From positions 52,573 to 107,533 of the forward strand of contig CAVKTH010000001.1 in assembly GCA_963659495.1 (NCBI GenBank): DNA of 54,961 bases. Direction: 5' to 3'. Shown here one piece after another: positions 9,376 to 16,618 of this stretch. A program made the position numbers and the translations under genes. Numbering within the stretch: position 1 is the stretch's first letter; every line of letters begins with the position of its first letter. The notes below the pieces were generated by a model, which was given only the letters and a program-made list of their open reading frames with translations, searched no databases and was not told the origin of the DNA. This stretch comes from Bacteroidaceae bacterium. GTDB lineage: Bacteria > Pseudomonadota > Alphaproteobacteria > RF32 > CAG-239.

Positions 9376-9657
9376 ATGGCACAGAATCAAAGAGCCGGTA
9401 CCGGCGCATTATTCAAAAACGATAAGCAGGATAATGAAAAACGCCCGGACTATACCGGGATGGCGACGATTTTTAATAAAAAATTCCATATTTCAGCGTG
9501 GCTTACCACTTCCCGTAATGGCGTCCGCTATATGAGTTTGGCTTTTAGTGAAAATCAAGGGGCAAACGATGCCGGTACGCCGAATAATAATTCGGAGCCA
9601 CAGCCAGCCGGTCAACCTCCGGCACAGACTGCTGATGATGCTTCAATTCCGTTCTAG
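9376..9657 (+). CDS. DUF736-like protein with an SSB-type acidic C-terminal tip
   Basis: NDKQDNEKRPDYTG...ISAWLTTSRNGVRYMSLAF resembles DUF736 from memory. A Gly/Pro/Gln/Asn linker follows, and the protein ends ...TADDASIPF* (E. coli SSB ends DDDIPF). Confidence 0.5.
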   Translation: MAQNQRAGTGALFKNDKQDNEKRPDYTGMATIFNKKFHISAWLTTSRNGVRYMSLAFSENQGANDAGTPNNNSEPQPAGQPPAQTADDASIPF

Positions 9658-9666
9658 GAGATACCA

Positions 9667-9978
9667 ATGTCAACACTTTGTCTTAATCTTCGCAAGGAAT
9701 GGTTTGAAAAAATAGAAAGTGGCGAGAAAAAAGCCGAATATCGCGAATTCAAACCTTTTTGGACTTCACGCTTAAACAAAACATGGATGAACTTCCAAGG
9801 GCAAGATGTCAGCGATGTTGACGGCAAAATTTACACCGATGTTTGCTTTTCGCTGGGCTACAGCTACAAGCGAGTTCTGCGTTTTAAGATTGCCGACGTT
9901 TCACTCGTGTGGGGCAAAGATACGGATTTGGCAATAGATCGTCCGGTCTATGCTATCAAGCTCGGTCGTCGGCTTTAA
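9667..9978 (+). CDS. ASCH (PUA-like) domain protein
   Basis: LNLRKEWFEKIESGEKKAEYREFKPFWTSRL is typical of the ASCH N-terminus. Confidence 0.55.
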   Translation: MSTLCLNLRKEWFEKIESGEKKAEYREFKPFWTSRLNKTWMNFQGQDVSDVDGKIYTDVCFSLGYSYKRVLRFKIADVSLVWGKDTDLAIDRPVYAIKLGRRL

Positions 9979-10017
9979 TTGGCGGCCATATTCAAATTTT
10001 AATGATAAGGAGAAACT

Positions 10018-10638
10018 ATGACTATCTTTTATTTTATTCTTGGCGCCTTTTTGCGTCGTTGGTATGGTGGCTGTCTTGAAGATTATAAAATTCTGCGCAA
10101 CCGCACTGTTCAAACAATTTGTATGCTGGCTGTTTTCATGAGCATTTATGTTGGTGATTGGTCAAACTGGAAATCTATCATTTTTGCGGCTGTTGTCAGT
10201 TGCTGGTTGCAGTTCCAGTTTTGGAGCCGCGGACATGGTGCTTGTTTTGATATTGGCCGCGACATGTCGCCAAGCGAGGACACTATCCGTCGCTATAACG
10301 AGCGGTGGTATCATTATCCGGTGGATTGGCTCTTTGATAAGGTTTTGAAAGAGCCGACAAAAAAATACGGCTTTTTATATGATTTTATTTATATGGGGCT
10401 ACGCTATACCTGTCCGATGATCGTCATGGCGGTGCTTGATTGGCGATATATTGTGTTGGGAGCTCTTGTTTCTCCTATATATTGTATCTGCTGGACATTG
10501 AGCGAGCGTGAAAAATGGATTTTTGACAAGCGCATTCCTTTTGTTTCCGGTGCGACCAATTTAGCTGAACGCATTGTCGGTGGTCTTATCTTTGGAGGTT
10601 GTTTTGCATTGCAAAACGGCTTTTTCTGGTGGCAATAA
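10018..10638 (+). CDS. polytopic membrane protein (Trp-rich), unknown function
   Basis: Several hydrophobic segments. It is the last gene before the tRNA remnant. Confidence 0.55.
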   Translation: MTIFYFILGAFLRRWYGGCLEDYKILRNRTVQTICMLAVFMSIYVGDWSNWKSIIFAAVVSCWLQFQFWSRGHGACFDIGRDMSPSEDTIRRYNERWYHYPVDWLFDKVLKEPTKKYGFLYDFIYMGLRYTCPMIVMAVLDWRYIVLGALVSPIYCICWTLSEREKWIFDKRIPFVSGATNLAERIVGGLIFGGCFALQNGFFWWQ

Positions 10639-10666
10639 CATTTTTTTGATAAAAAAATACACAAAA

Positions 10667-10705
10667 CGGCGGCGTTCAAAAGCGTCGCCGTAAAAGTTTG
10701 TTTTG
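10667..10705 (+). terminator. intrinsic terminator
   Basis: The stem cggcggcg / cgtcgccg has one G-U pair and is followed by a T-rich tract. Confidence 0.55.
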
Positions 10706-10809
10706 AACTTTCGAAAATTTTCGTTAAAATGACATTGTGCTTGTTATTTGCTTGTCGCCATTTTTGACACTTCCGCAAAATGGCGGTTTTACTAGGGTTT
10801 CGGAGTTAC

Positions 10810-10863
10810 CTCGTCAGGCTCATAACCTGAAGGTCGTTGGTTCAAATCCTTCCCCCGCAACCA
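10810..10863 (+). pseudogene. truncated tRNA-Met(CAT) 3' fragment, initiator-like (anticodon arm, T arm, acceptor 3' strand, CCA); candidate att core
   Basis: CTCGTCAGGCTCATAACCTGAAGGTCGTTGGTTCAAATCCTTCCCCCGCAACCA closely parallels the 3' two-thirds of bacterial tRNA-fMet. No GCGGGG 5' acceptor strand or D arm lies upstream. The T stem has two T-T mismatches. Confidence 0.75.
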
Positions 10864-10872
10864 ATAGAGATA

Positions 10873-10899
10873 AGAGGAAGCTTCACTTCCTCTTTTTTT
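10873..10899 (+). terminator. intrinsic terminator directly after the tRNA fragment
   Basis: Perfect 8-bp stem agaggaag/cttcctct, loop cttca, then T7. Confidence 0.75.
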
Positions 10900-11241
10900 G
10901 TATCCGCAATTTCCCGCAACAGCCCAAGAACCGCCGACTTCATTTTTATTTTTGATGGGCGTAGCCTTTTCCTTTTGTACGCAATTTTTTTGCAAAAATA
11001 CATTAAAAAACACCCAAATATATACTTTTCTGAAGGTCTGATATTGCCAAACTACGCCCTTCAAATAAATTCAAACACAGCAACTATACAGCATTTTCCA
11101 TTCCTCTTTTTATAAGCGTTCCTTATAGAAGCACTTATAATTATAATATATTTTTGTTAGCAAAAACATTTAGTTATATAAAAATTCAAAAAACTGGCTC
11201 CGATTTTATTTTTTTACTGGTGATTCTGTCGGAGGCAAAAA

Positions 11242-11400
11242 ATGACAGACATAGAAAAAATTATAAAAATGTTATTTCCGGAAATAATGAAACTAATAGA
11301 CACGCAAAAAAATTCGGAATTAGAGCAGAAAGAACTGGATATTGCCGAAAATCCAAGCATTCATACTATTAAGAAAGGAGTTGAAAATGGTAGAAAATAA
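11242..11400 (+). CDS. hypothetical 52-aa protein (below the ORF-track cutoff)
   Basis: GGAGG at 11231-11235 and ATG at 11242. Hand translation gives MTDIEKIIKMLFPEIMKLIDTQ...GVENGRK*. It overlaps the DUF2924 start. Confidence 0.3.
   Translation: MTDIEKIIKMLFPEIMKLIDTQKNSELEQKELDIAENPSIHTIKKGVENGRK
11333..11364 (+). promoter_or_regulatory. bipartite motif copy F: AACTGGA-N13-CCAAGCATTCAT
   Basis: Exact half-sites at 11333-11339 and 11353-11364, ending 23 nt upstream of the DUF2924 ATG. Confidence 0.5.
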
Positions 11401-11800
11401 AGTTCTTCAACTTACAGAAATGAGTGTTAATGAATTAAAAAATTTATGGCGACAATATTTTGATACAGAACCTATCTGGAAAACCAAACGCTTTTATATT
11501 CCACGTCTTGCATACAGAATGCAAGAACTTGTTTACGGAGGAGTTCCTGCAAACGTTAAAAACATCTTACTTGGTAAAACTTTACAACGAGAGTTTAACA
11601 ATGAAAAAATGGACGGCCTGCCAAAAGTTGGAACAAAACTGGTTAAAACATATCAAGGAAAAGAATACAGCGTCGTTGTGTCCACCGCCGGATTTCAATT
11701 AGAAGGCAAATTTTATAAAAGTTTATCAGCGGTGGCTTATCAAATAACCGGTAAAAAAATATCCGGACGTTTTTTCTTTGGATTAGGAAATAAAAAATGA
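11387..11800 (+). CDS. DUF2924-like protein (typical upstream partner of large serine recombinases)
   Basis: LKNLWRQYFDTEPIWKTKRFYIPRLAYRMQELVYGG. Its stop overlaps the recombinase start (ATGA). Confidence 0.6.
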   Translation: MVENKVLQLTEMSVNELKNLWRQYFDTEPIWKTKRFYIPRLAYRMQELVYGGVPANVKNILLGKTLQREFNNEKMDGLPKVGTKLVKTYQGKEYSVVVSTAGFQLEGKFYKSLSAVAYQITGKKISGRFFFGLGNKK

Positions 11801-13470
11801 AAACGATTAAGTGTGCGATCTATACCAGAAAATCTACAGACGAAGGCTTAGATAAAGAATTTAATACTCTGGAAGCACAGCGTGAGTCCGGTGAAAATTA
11901 TATTAAAAGCCAAATGCACCAAGGCTGGCAGATTATAGAAAAGCACTATGATGACGGAGGCTTCTCTGGTGGTACACTTAAACGACCTGCCCTGCAGGAA
12001 TTGCTGCAAGATGTAGAAAATGGCGAAGTAAATATGATCGTGGTCTATAAAATTGACCGTCTCACACGTTCATTGATTGATTTTGCAAAATTAGTTGAAG
12101 TGCTTGACCGCAACCAGTGTTCATTTGTATCGGTAACGCAGAATTTTAATACTTATGATTCTATGGGACGATTGACACTAAATGTATTGTTGTCATTTGC
12201 CCAATTTGAACGAGAAGTTATAACCGAACGTATTCGTGACAAAGTTGATGCCTCTAAGAAAAAAGGCATGTGGATGGGCGGCAATATACCTATAGGTTAT
12301 GATGCAATTAACAAAAAACTTGTCATCAACAACAAAGAAGTTCCTGTTGTAAAGTTGGCTTTTGAAAAATATTTAGTTTTTCGCTCAGAAGTTGCTGTTG
12401 CAAATTGGCTAAATCTGAATGGCTATACAACAATGAGCAAAGGTAATAATGGGAAATTTAATCACCTGCGTATCAGCGAAATGCTCCGAAACGTTATTTA
12501 TATTGGCAAAATTCCACATAAAGATAAAATTTATGATGGTCAGCATAGTGCAATTATTTCTGAAGAACTATTCAATGAAGTACAGAAAATCAAAAATACA
12601 AATCGTGCCGGAAGATTAACGCCATCACGATTTTTTGAACACGCTTTATTAAAAGGATTGATAGAATGCGATTGCTGCCACGCCGCAATGGTATCTACTA
12701 AGTCAAATAAACACAACAAAATTTATGAATATTACACTTCTGTAAGAGCGGTTAAAGAAGGATACAAAAACTGTCTTGTCGGGAATATACCGGCCGGAGA
12801 AATGGATAATTTTGTATTAAATCAGCTTGCAGATATTATAAAATCGCCAAAAATTCTAAGCGGATTGATTGAAGAAGCTAAAATTAAACGGTCAGATATT
12901 TGCGATATCCAAATCATCAATAAGTTTGGTGACGGCATAGATTTCATCCACCGTATATCGCCTATAGTACAAAGGCAGCTTGTGGAACTGTTTATTAAAA
13001 AAGTTCGCGTAAATACCAACCGAATTAAAATAATTTACACAAAAACAGCTATAGAGCTTATGGATAACAATATGCGTGACAAGCTATTTCCTAACAATAT
13101 AGATGGTGAAGAAAATGAAATAATGTACCACGTTGAATTGCACAAAAAACGCGGTTCGGTTAAAATATTTGAACCTGAGACATATAAACCGGATCTATAT
13201 AATCCTCTATATCTTGCATTGATTAAAGCATTTAAATGGCAAGAAATAATACGCACAGAACATCTCACATTTGAAGAAGTAGCAGAAAGAGAAAAATTAA
13301 GCCGTGAATATGTAGGTAAAATTATGAAAATGACATATTTAGCTCCAGACATAATAACCTCAATTGTAGACGGTTCTTATCCTAAAACATTATCCATTAA
13401 CAAAATTGTTGAATCAGAAATTCCAATACTTTGGACAGAACAGCGAATAAAATATGGATTTACCGCCTGA
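11797..13470 (+). CDS. large serine recombinase (integrase)
   Basis: Resolvase domain AIYTRKSTDEG with the catalytic Ser, VYKIDRLTRS, a recombinase domain, and the Cys cluster ECDCCHAAM. 557 aa. Confidence 0.9.
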   Translation: MKTIKCAIYTRKSTDEGLDKEFNTLEAQRESGENYIKSQMHQGWQIIEKHYDDGGFSGGTLKRPALQELLQDVENGEVNMIVVYKIDRLTRSLIDFAKLVEVLDRNQCSFVSVTQNFNTYDSMGRLTLNVLLSFAQFEREVITERIRDKVDASKKKGMWMGGNIPIGYDAINKKLVINNKEVPVVKLAFEKYLVFRSEVAVANWLNLNGYTTMSKGNNGKFNHLRISEMLRNVIYIGKIPHKDKIYDGQHSAIISEELFNEVQKIKNTNRAGRLTPSRFFEHALLKGLIECDCCHAAMVSTKSNKHNKIYEYYTSVRAVKEGYKNCLVGNIPAGEMDNFVLNQLADIIKSPKILSGLIEEAKIKRSDICDIQIINKFGDGIDFIHRISPIVQRQLVELFIKKVRVNTNRIKIIYTKTAIELMDNNMRDKLFPNNIDGEENEIMYHVELHKKRGSVKIFEPETYKPDLYNPLYLALIKAFKWQEIIRTEHLTFEEVAEREKLSREYVGKIMKMTYLAPDIITSIVDGSYPKTLSINKIVESEIPILWTEQRIKYGFTA

Positions 13471-13614
13471 TTTATATTCAGAAAATCTAGTTTAGAATAT
13501 TTAATCGTATACCTTATTAAATATTCCCTTACTGATTAACACTAAAACTTATTGTCTATTTTTCGCATTTATAGAAAATAAACCTCTCTTCAATTTTTTA
13601 GCGAGGTTTATATT

Positions 13615-14100
13615 ATGAATCTTAAAATTTTTAACGGACTGCCTCCGTATGTCCGAATAACAATCTTATCGCAAATCCGCAGATTATTGTCAACATCAGT
13701 ATTTAACAAAGAAGACAGCGAAGATATCGCTCAAGACTTATTGCTCTTTTATCTGAAGCGTTTTTATACTATCCCTGATGTAGATGAGGCGTTGGTGGTT
13801 CACTCACTTAGACAATATGCCATCAATCTTCTGAAAAAACAATGTAATCGCAGGGACTACTTAAATTCCTCATTGGACTATGGCTCGTTCGATGAGGAAT
13901 TTTTTTTAGAAAATAATGACTGTTATAATTTTACAAGAGTGTCATTATCTATTTATTCAGAAAAATTTAATGCAAAAGAAAAACAAATATTTGAAATGCT
14001 TTACGAAGGATATTCAGCAAACGAAATATCCGCTGTTTTGCATATTCATAAACGTGTAATTAGGAGGTTTGTTGAAAAATTACGAAATATTTTAACATAA
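13615..14100 (+). CDS. sigma-70 family (ECF-like, regions 2 and 4) factor
   Basis: Region 2-like EDIAQDLLLFYLKRF. Region 4 HTH EKQIFEMLYEGYSANEISAVLHIHKRVIRRFVEKL. Confidence 0.55.
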   Translation: MNLKIFNGLPPYVRITILSQIRRLLSTSVFNKEDSEDIAQDLLLFYLKRFYTIPDVDEALVVHSLRQYAINLLKKQCNRRDYLNSSLDYGSFDEEFFLENNDCYNFTRVSLSIYSEKFNAKEKQIFEMLYEGYSANEISAVLHIHKRVIRRFVEKLRNILT

Positions 14101-14166
14101 GTGGCTCCAATTTTGATTTTTTGTGGGTGTTTCTGCTGTAGTTAATATTTTTGAAAGGAAATAATA

Positions 14167-14376
14167 ATGGGAAAGCAGAAACCCTACAGCTATGTAACTG
14201 AAGACATTCGTGAAATTCCGATAATTTATTTGCTTAATCTTGAAACGAAAATGCTTAATGAGCTGGAGAAAAAAGTCCAAAACGAAGTTAAACGTACTTC
14301 TCTGGCTCTCAAATGGGTGCAAGGAATTAAGCGTATAAAACATATATACAACAGCAACGGAGGCAACAATGGATAA
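14167..14376 (+). CDS. hypothetical protein
   Basis: 69-aa ORF with RBS aaagga. It overlaps the next gene start. Confidence 0.35.
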   Translation: MGKQKPYSYVTEDIREIPIIYLLNLETKMLNELEKKVQNEVKRTSLALKWVQGIKRIKHIYNSNGGNNG

Positions 14377-15022
14377 AAAGACTTCGTTTGTGTTGTATCC
14401 TGCGGACTTCCTCGCCGCTGTGCATAACTTCAAGAAAAATCAAGTGGCCGATTTAATTATCGCGCTGTGCGAAATTAACTTTTACGGCGCCGTTTCTTTT
14501 AAATTATCGGATTTGGTTAAGCAGCGATTTGACGCTATTCAGGAAACAATTGATAAAAATAACGCCAAGTATTTGGAAATGCGTGAAATTAGACAAGCAA
14601 GCGGCGCAAAAGGCGGAAGCAAACGTCAAGCAAAAGCCAAGCAAGATGCTAGCAAACAACAAGCAAACGCCCCAACCACCCCATCAGATGAATCGGAGAA
14701 TGAGAATGAATCTGTAAGTGTAAATGAATCTGGAGATAAAGATAAAGCGGCTAAATCTGTGGATAAAGCTGAATTTACCGGCGCTCCGAGCGTGGAAGAC
14801 GTCGCCGATTACTGCCAAAAAAGCGGTTACACGATAGACCCTGTGGCTTTTGTGCAGTGGAACGCCGAACGAGGTTGGATGAACGGGAAAAAATATATCG
14901 CTTTGGATTGGCGAAAAGCCGTGCGCAAATGGTTTTGCAAAGAAAACAAATTGTCTTTTTCGGAAATGGAAACAATGTCCGATGTTTGCGCCGATATGCT
15001 TGGCAAGGCCACGGAGGCGTAA
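14369..15022 (+). CDS. phage replication-associated protein (DUF6291-like N-terminus plus a conserved phage C-terminal domain)
   Basis: FVLYPADFLAAV...IQETIDKNNAKYLEMREIRQASGAKGGSKRQ and the C-terminal DYCQKSGYTIDPVAFVQWNAERGWMNGKKYIALDWRKAVRKW. Confidence 0.45.
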   Translation: MDKKTSFVLYPADFLAAVHNFKKNQVADLIIALCEINFYGAVSFKLSDLVKQRFDAIQETIDKNNAKYLEMREIRQASGAKGGSKRQAKAKQDASKQQANAPTTPSDESENENESVSVNESGDKDKAAKSVDKAEFTGAPSVEDVADYCQKSGYTIDPVAFVQWNAERGWMNGKKYIALDWRKAVRKWFCKENKLSFSEMETMSDVCADMLGKATEA

Positions 15023-15023
15023 A

Positions 15024-15404
15024 ATGACGGAAATGACTATTGAGCAAATCAAAGACGATTTGGAAACCGCAGCTTATGTTGAACGTTTGCTGCCGCCTGT
15101 GCGAGCTCCCAAATACCGCTGTTGTATGCCGGATATTGTTTACACGCCGCAAGAACTGATTTTTATGGAAAAACGTCCGTTAAAAATACGCCCATCGCAG
15201 GAGCAAATCGCTTTATGGGAACGGGTTGTGCTGGAATGGATGCCGATTTTATCGGTGTCGGAGCGGCGTTTGGTGTGGAAACGAGCCAATCGCATTCCTT
15301 GGAAACTTCTTTGCGGGGAATTTGCGGTTTCTCGGCAAATTTTGGCTTTGCGGCACAACAAGGCCTTGCTGAAAATACAATACGGCTGCCGAAAATGTCA
15401 TTGA
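15024..15404 (+). CDS. putative phage transcriptional regulator (C-terminal HTH)
   Basis: RBS ggagg at 15013. RIPWKLLCGEFAVSRQILALRHNKALLKI. Confidence 0.35.
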   Translation: MTEMTIEQIKDDLETAAYVERLLPPVRAPKYRCCMPDIVYTPQELIFMEKRPLKIRPSQEQIALWERVVLEWMPILSVSERRLVWKRANRIPWKLLCGEFAVSRQILALRHNKALLKIQYGCRKCH

Positions 15405-15415
15405 CAACAAAGAGG

Positions 15416-15444
15416 TTTACATTTTCGCCAAATATGGTTATAAA
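15416..15444 (+). promoter_or_regulatory. sigma70-like promoter TTTACA-N17-TATAAA
   Basis: -35 at 15416-15421 and -10 at 15439-15444. A second perfect TATAAT lies at 15451-15456. Confidence 0.4.
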
Positions 15445-15458
15445 ACGAGGTATAATTC

Positions 15459-15496
15459 GGGACGAGATGTGAAATCGTCCCTTTTCTTATATTTTT
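15459..15496 (+). terminator. terminator-like hairpin 1 in the metK-like leader
   Basis: 7-bp stem gggacga/tcgtccc, 9-nt loop, then ttttcttatattttt. Confidence 0.5.
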
Positions 15497-15497
15497 C

Positions 15498-15535
15498 AAC
15501 GCCAAAAGACTTGATAGTCCAAAGGCGTTTTTTTA
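15498..15535 (+). terminator. terminator-like hairpin 2 in the metK-like leader
   Basis: Outer stem aacgcc/ggcgtt with an inner gact/agtc stem, followed by T7. It ends about 14 nt before the metK-like start. Confidence 0.5.
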
Positions 15536-15548
15536 CGCGAGAAAGGAA

Positions 15549-16556
15549 ATGTTTATGATTAAAACCGCCGAGGCCGTGTCGTTGGGGCATCCGGACAAAA
15601 CCGCCGATTATATTTCCAGTTACATTTTGGACAGGATGATTGAGCAAGACGCCAATGTCCGTTACGCCGTGGAAGTTATGATTAAAGACAATACCGTGGT
15701 TTTGGGCGGTGAGATTTCCGGCGATGTCAATTTAACAAATGTCAAAGACTATGTTGTCGCCGCGCTTGGAGAAATCGGCTACGATGAGTTTTACAGCCAC
15801 CGCTGGAATGATAATGCCGTAAATCCGGCGAAAATTCAGGTTGTCAATCTCATCGGACGGCAATCGTCTGACATCTCGCAAGGCGTGGAGCAAAACGGCT
15901 GGGGCGATCAAGGTTTGTTTGTTGGTTACGCTTGCAAAGGCGTCGGCAATATCAGCCGTGAACAATACTTGGCGAAAAAGCTCTGTGACGCTTTGTATGA
16001 GTACGCTTTGCAGAATATCCACCTCGGAATTGACATCAAAACCCAGATTACTCTCAATGAACTGGGCGGCGTTGAAACAGCTGTTGTCGCCATTCCGATG
16101 CTGAAAGATGTGGATTTAACCACCTTTATCATTATGTCGCTGGGAGAAGAACCGGAAAACATCATTGTCAACGGCACCGGCAAATACACGCGCCACTCGT
16201 CAATTGCCGACTGCGGTGTCACAGGTCGTAAGCTGGCTTGCGATTTCTATTCGGCGGCGGCTCCGATTGGCGGTGGTTGTCCGTGGGGCAAAGACGCCAG
16301 CAAAGCTGATGTGACGCTTAATTTGTACGCCCGCAAATTGGCCTTGGAATATTTGCAGGATAATGACGAGTGTTTTGTTTACCTATCCTCGTGCATCGGC
16401 CAATCGGTACTGATGAGTGCCGAAGTTAAGACCGTCAAAAAAGGTGTTGAAACTATTAAATCGTTGTCAATTACCGCCAAACCCTCGGAAATCATCACCG
16501 AACTTGGCTTAAATAAACCAATTTTCGCAGAGCTGTGTAAAAATTGGGTATTTTAA
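15549..16556 (+). CDS. metK: S-adenosylmethionine synthetase-like protein (short, divergent MetK)
   Basis: SLGHPDKTADYIS, GWGDQGLFVGYA, DIKTQ, ADCGVTGRKL and GGGCPWGKDASKADVT are collinear with E. coli MetK GHPDK, GDQG, DAKSQ, GDCGLTGRK and GGGAFSGKDPSKVDRS. It is 335 aa versus about 384. Confidence 0.85.
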   Translation: MFMIKTAEAVSLGHPDKTADYISSYILDRMIEQDANVRYAVEVMIKDNTVVLGGEISGDVNLTNVKDYVVAALGEIGYDEFYSHRWNDNAVNPAKIQVVNLIGRQSSDISQGVEQNGWGDQGLFVGYACKGVGNISREQYLAKKLCDALYEYALQNIHLGIDIKTQITLNELGGVETAVVAIPMLKDVDLTTFIIMSLGEEPENIIVNGTGKYTRHSSIADCGVTGRKLACDFYSAAAPIGGGCPWGKDASKADVTLNLYARKLALEYLQDNDECFVYLSSCIGQSVLMSAEVKTVKKGVETIKSLSITAKPSEIITELGLNKPIFAELCKNWVF

Positions 16557-16565
16557 ATAAAAAAG

Positions 16566-16594
16566 TTGGCATAACAAAAAATATTTGATATTCT
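16566..16594 (+). promoter_or_regulatory. predicted extended -10 promoter for the three-gene island
   Basis: TTGGCA (16566-16571), N17, TG at 16586-16587, TATTCT at 16589-16594. Confidence 0.4.
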
Positions 16595-16618
16595 ACTAAT
16601 CATAGAAAGGTTTTAAAA

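Larger units (their letters stand above)
10900..14160. mobile_element. AT-rich integration island (small ORF, DUF2924, large serine recombinase, sigma factor)
   Basis: Composition drops abruptly relative to both flanks. It holds a recombinase gene. Imperfect 21-nt direct repeats lie at 11195-11215 and 14102-14122. Confidence 0.4.

Noticed and set aside
10783-10863. Possible complete tRNA-Met gene
   Set aside because: The 3' acceptor strand CCCCGCA requires an upstream (C/T)GCGGGG. The sequence at the expected position is tggcggttttactagg, with no D arm. Only the 3' ~54 nt are tRNA-like, and the T stem has two mismatches.
10737-11372. Track ORFs 10737-10955(+), 10792-11064(-), 10837-11115(+) and 11154-11372(+)
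   Set aside because: They overlap the tRNA remnant, its terminator and AT-rich non-coding DNA. They have no RBS and their composition is low-complexity, so they are likely spurious.
15122-15647. ORFs 15122-15472(+) and 15438-15647(-) across the metK-like leader
   Set aside because: One lies in an alternative frame of the 15024-15404 gene. The other is antisense to the metK-like start. Both cross the promoter and terminator hairpins and have no RBS.
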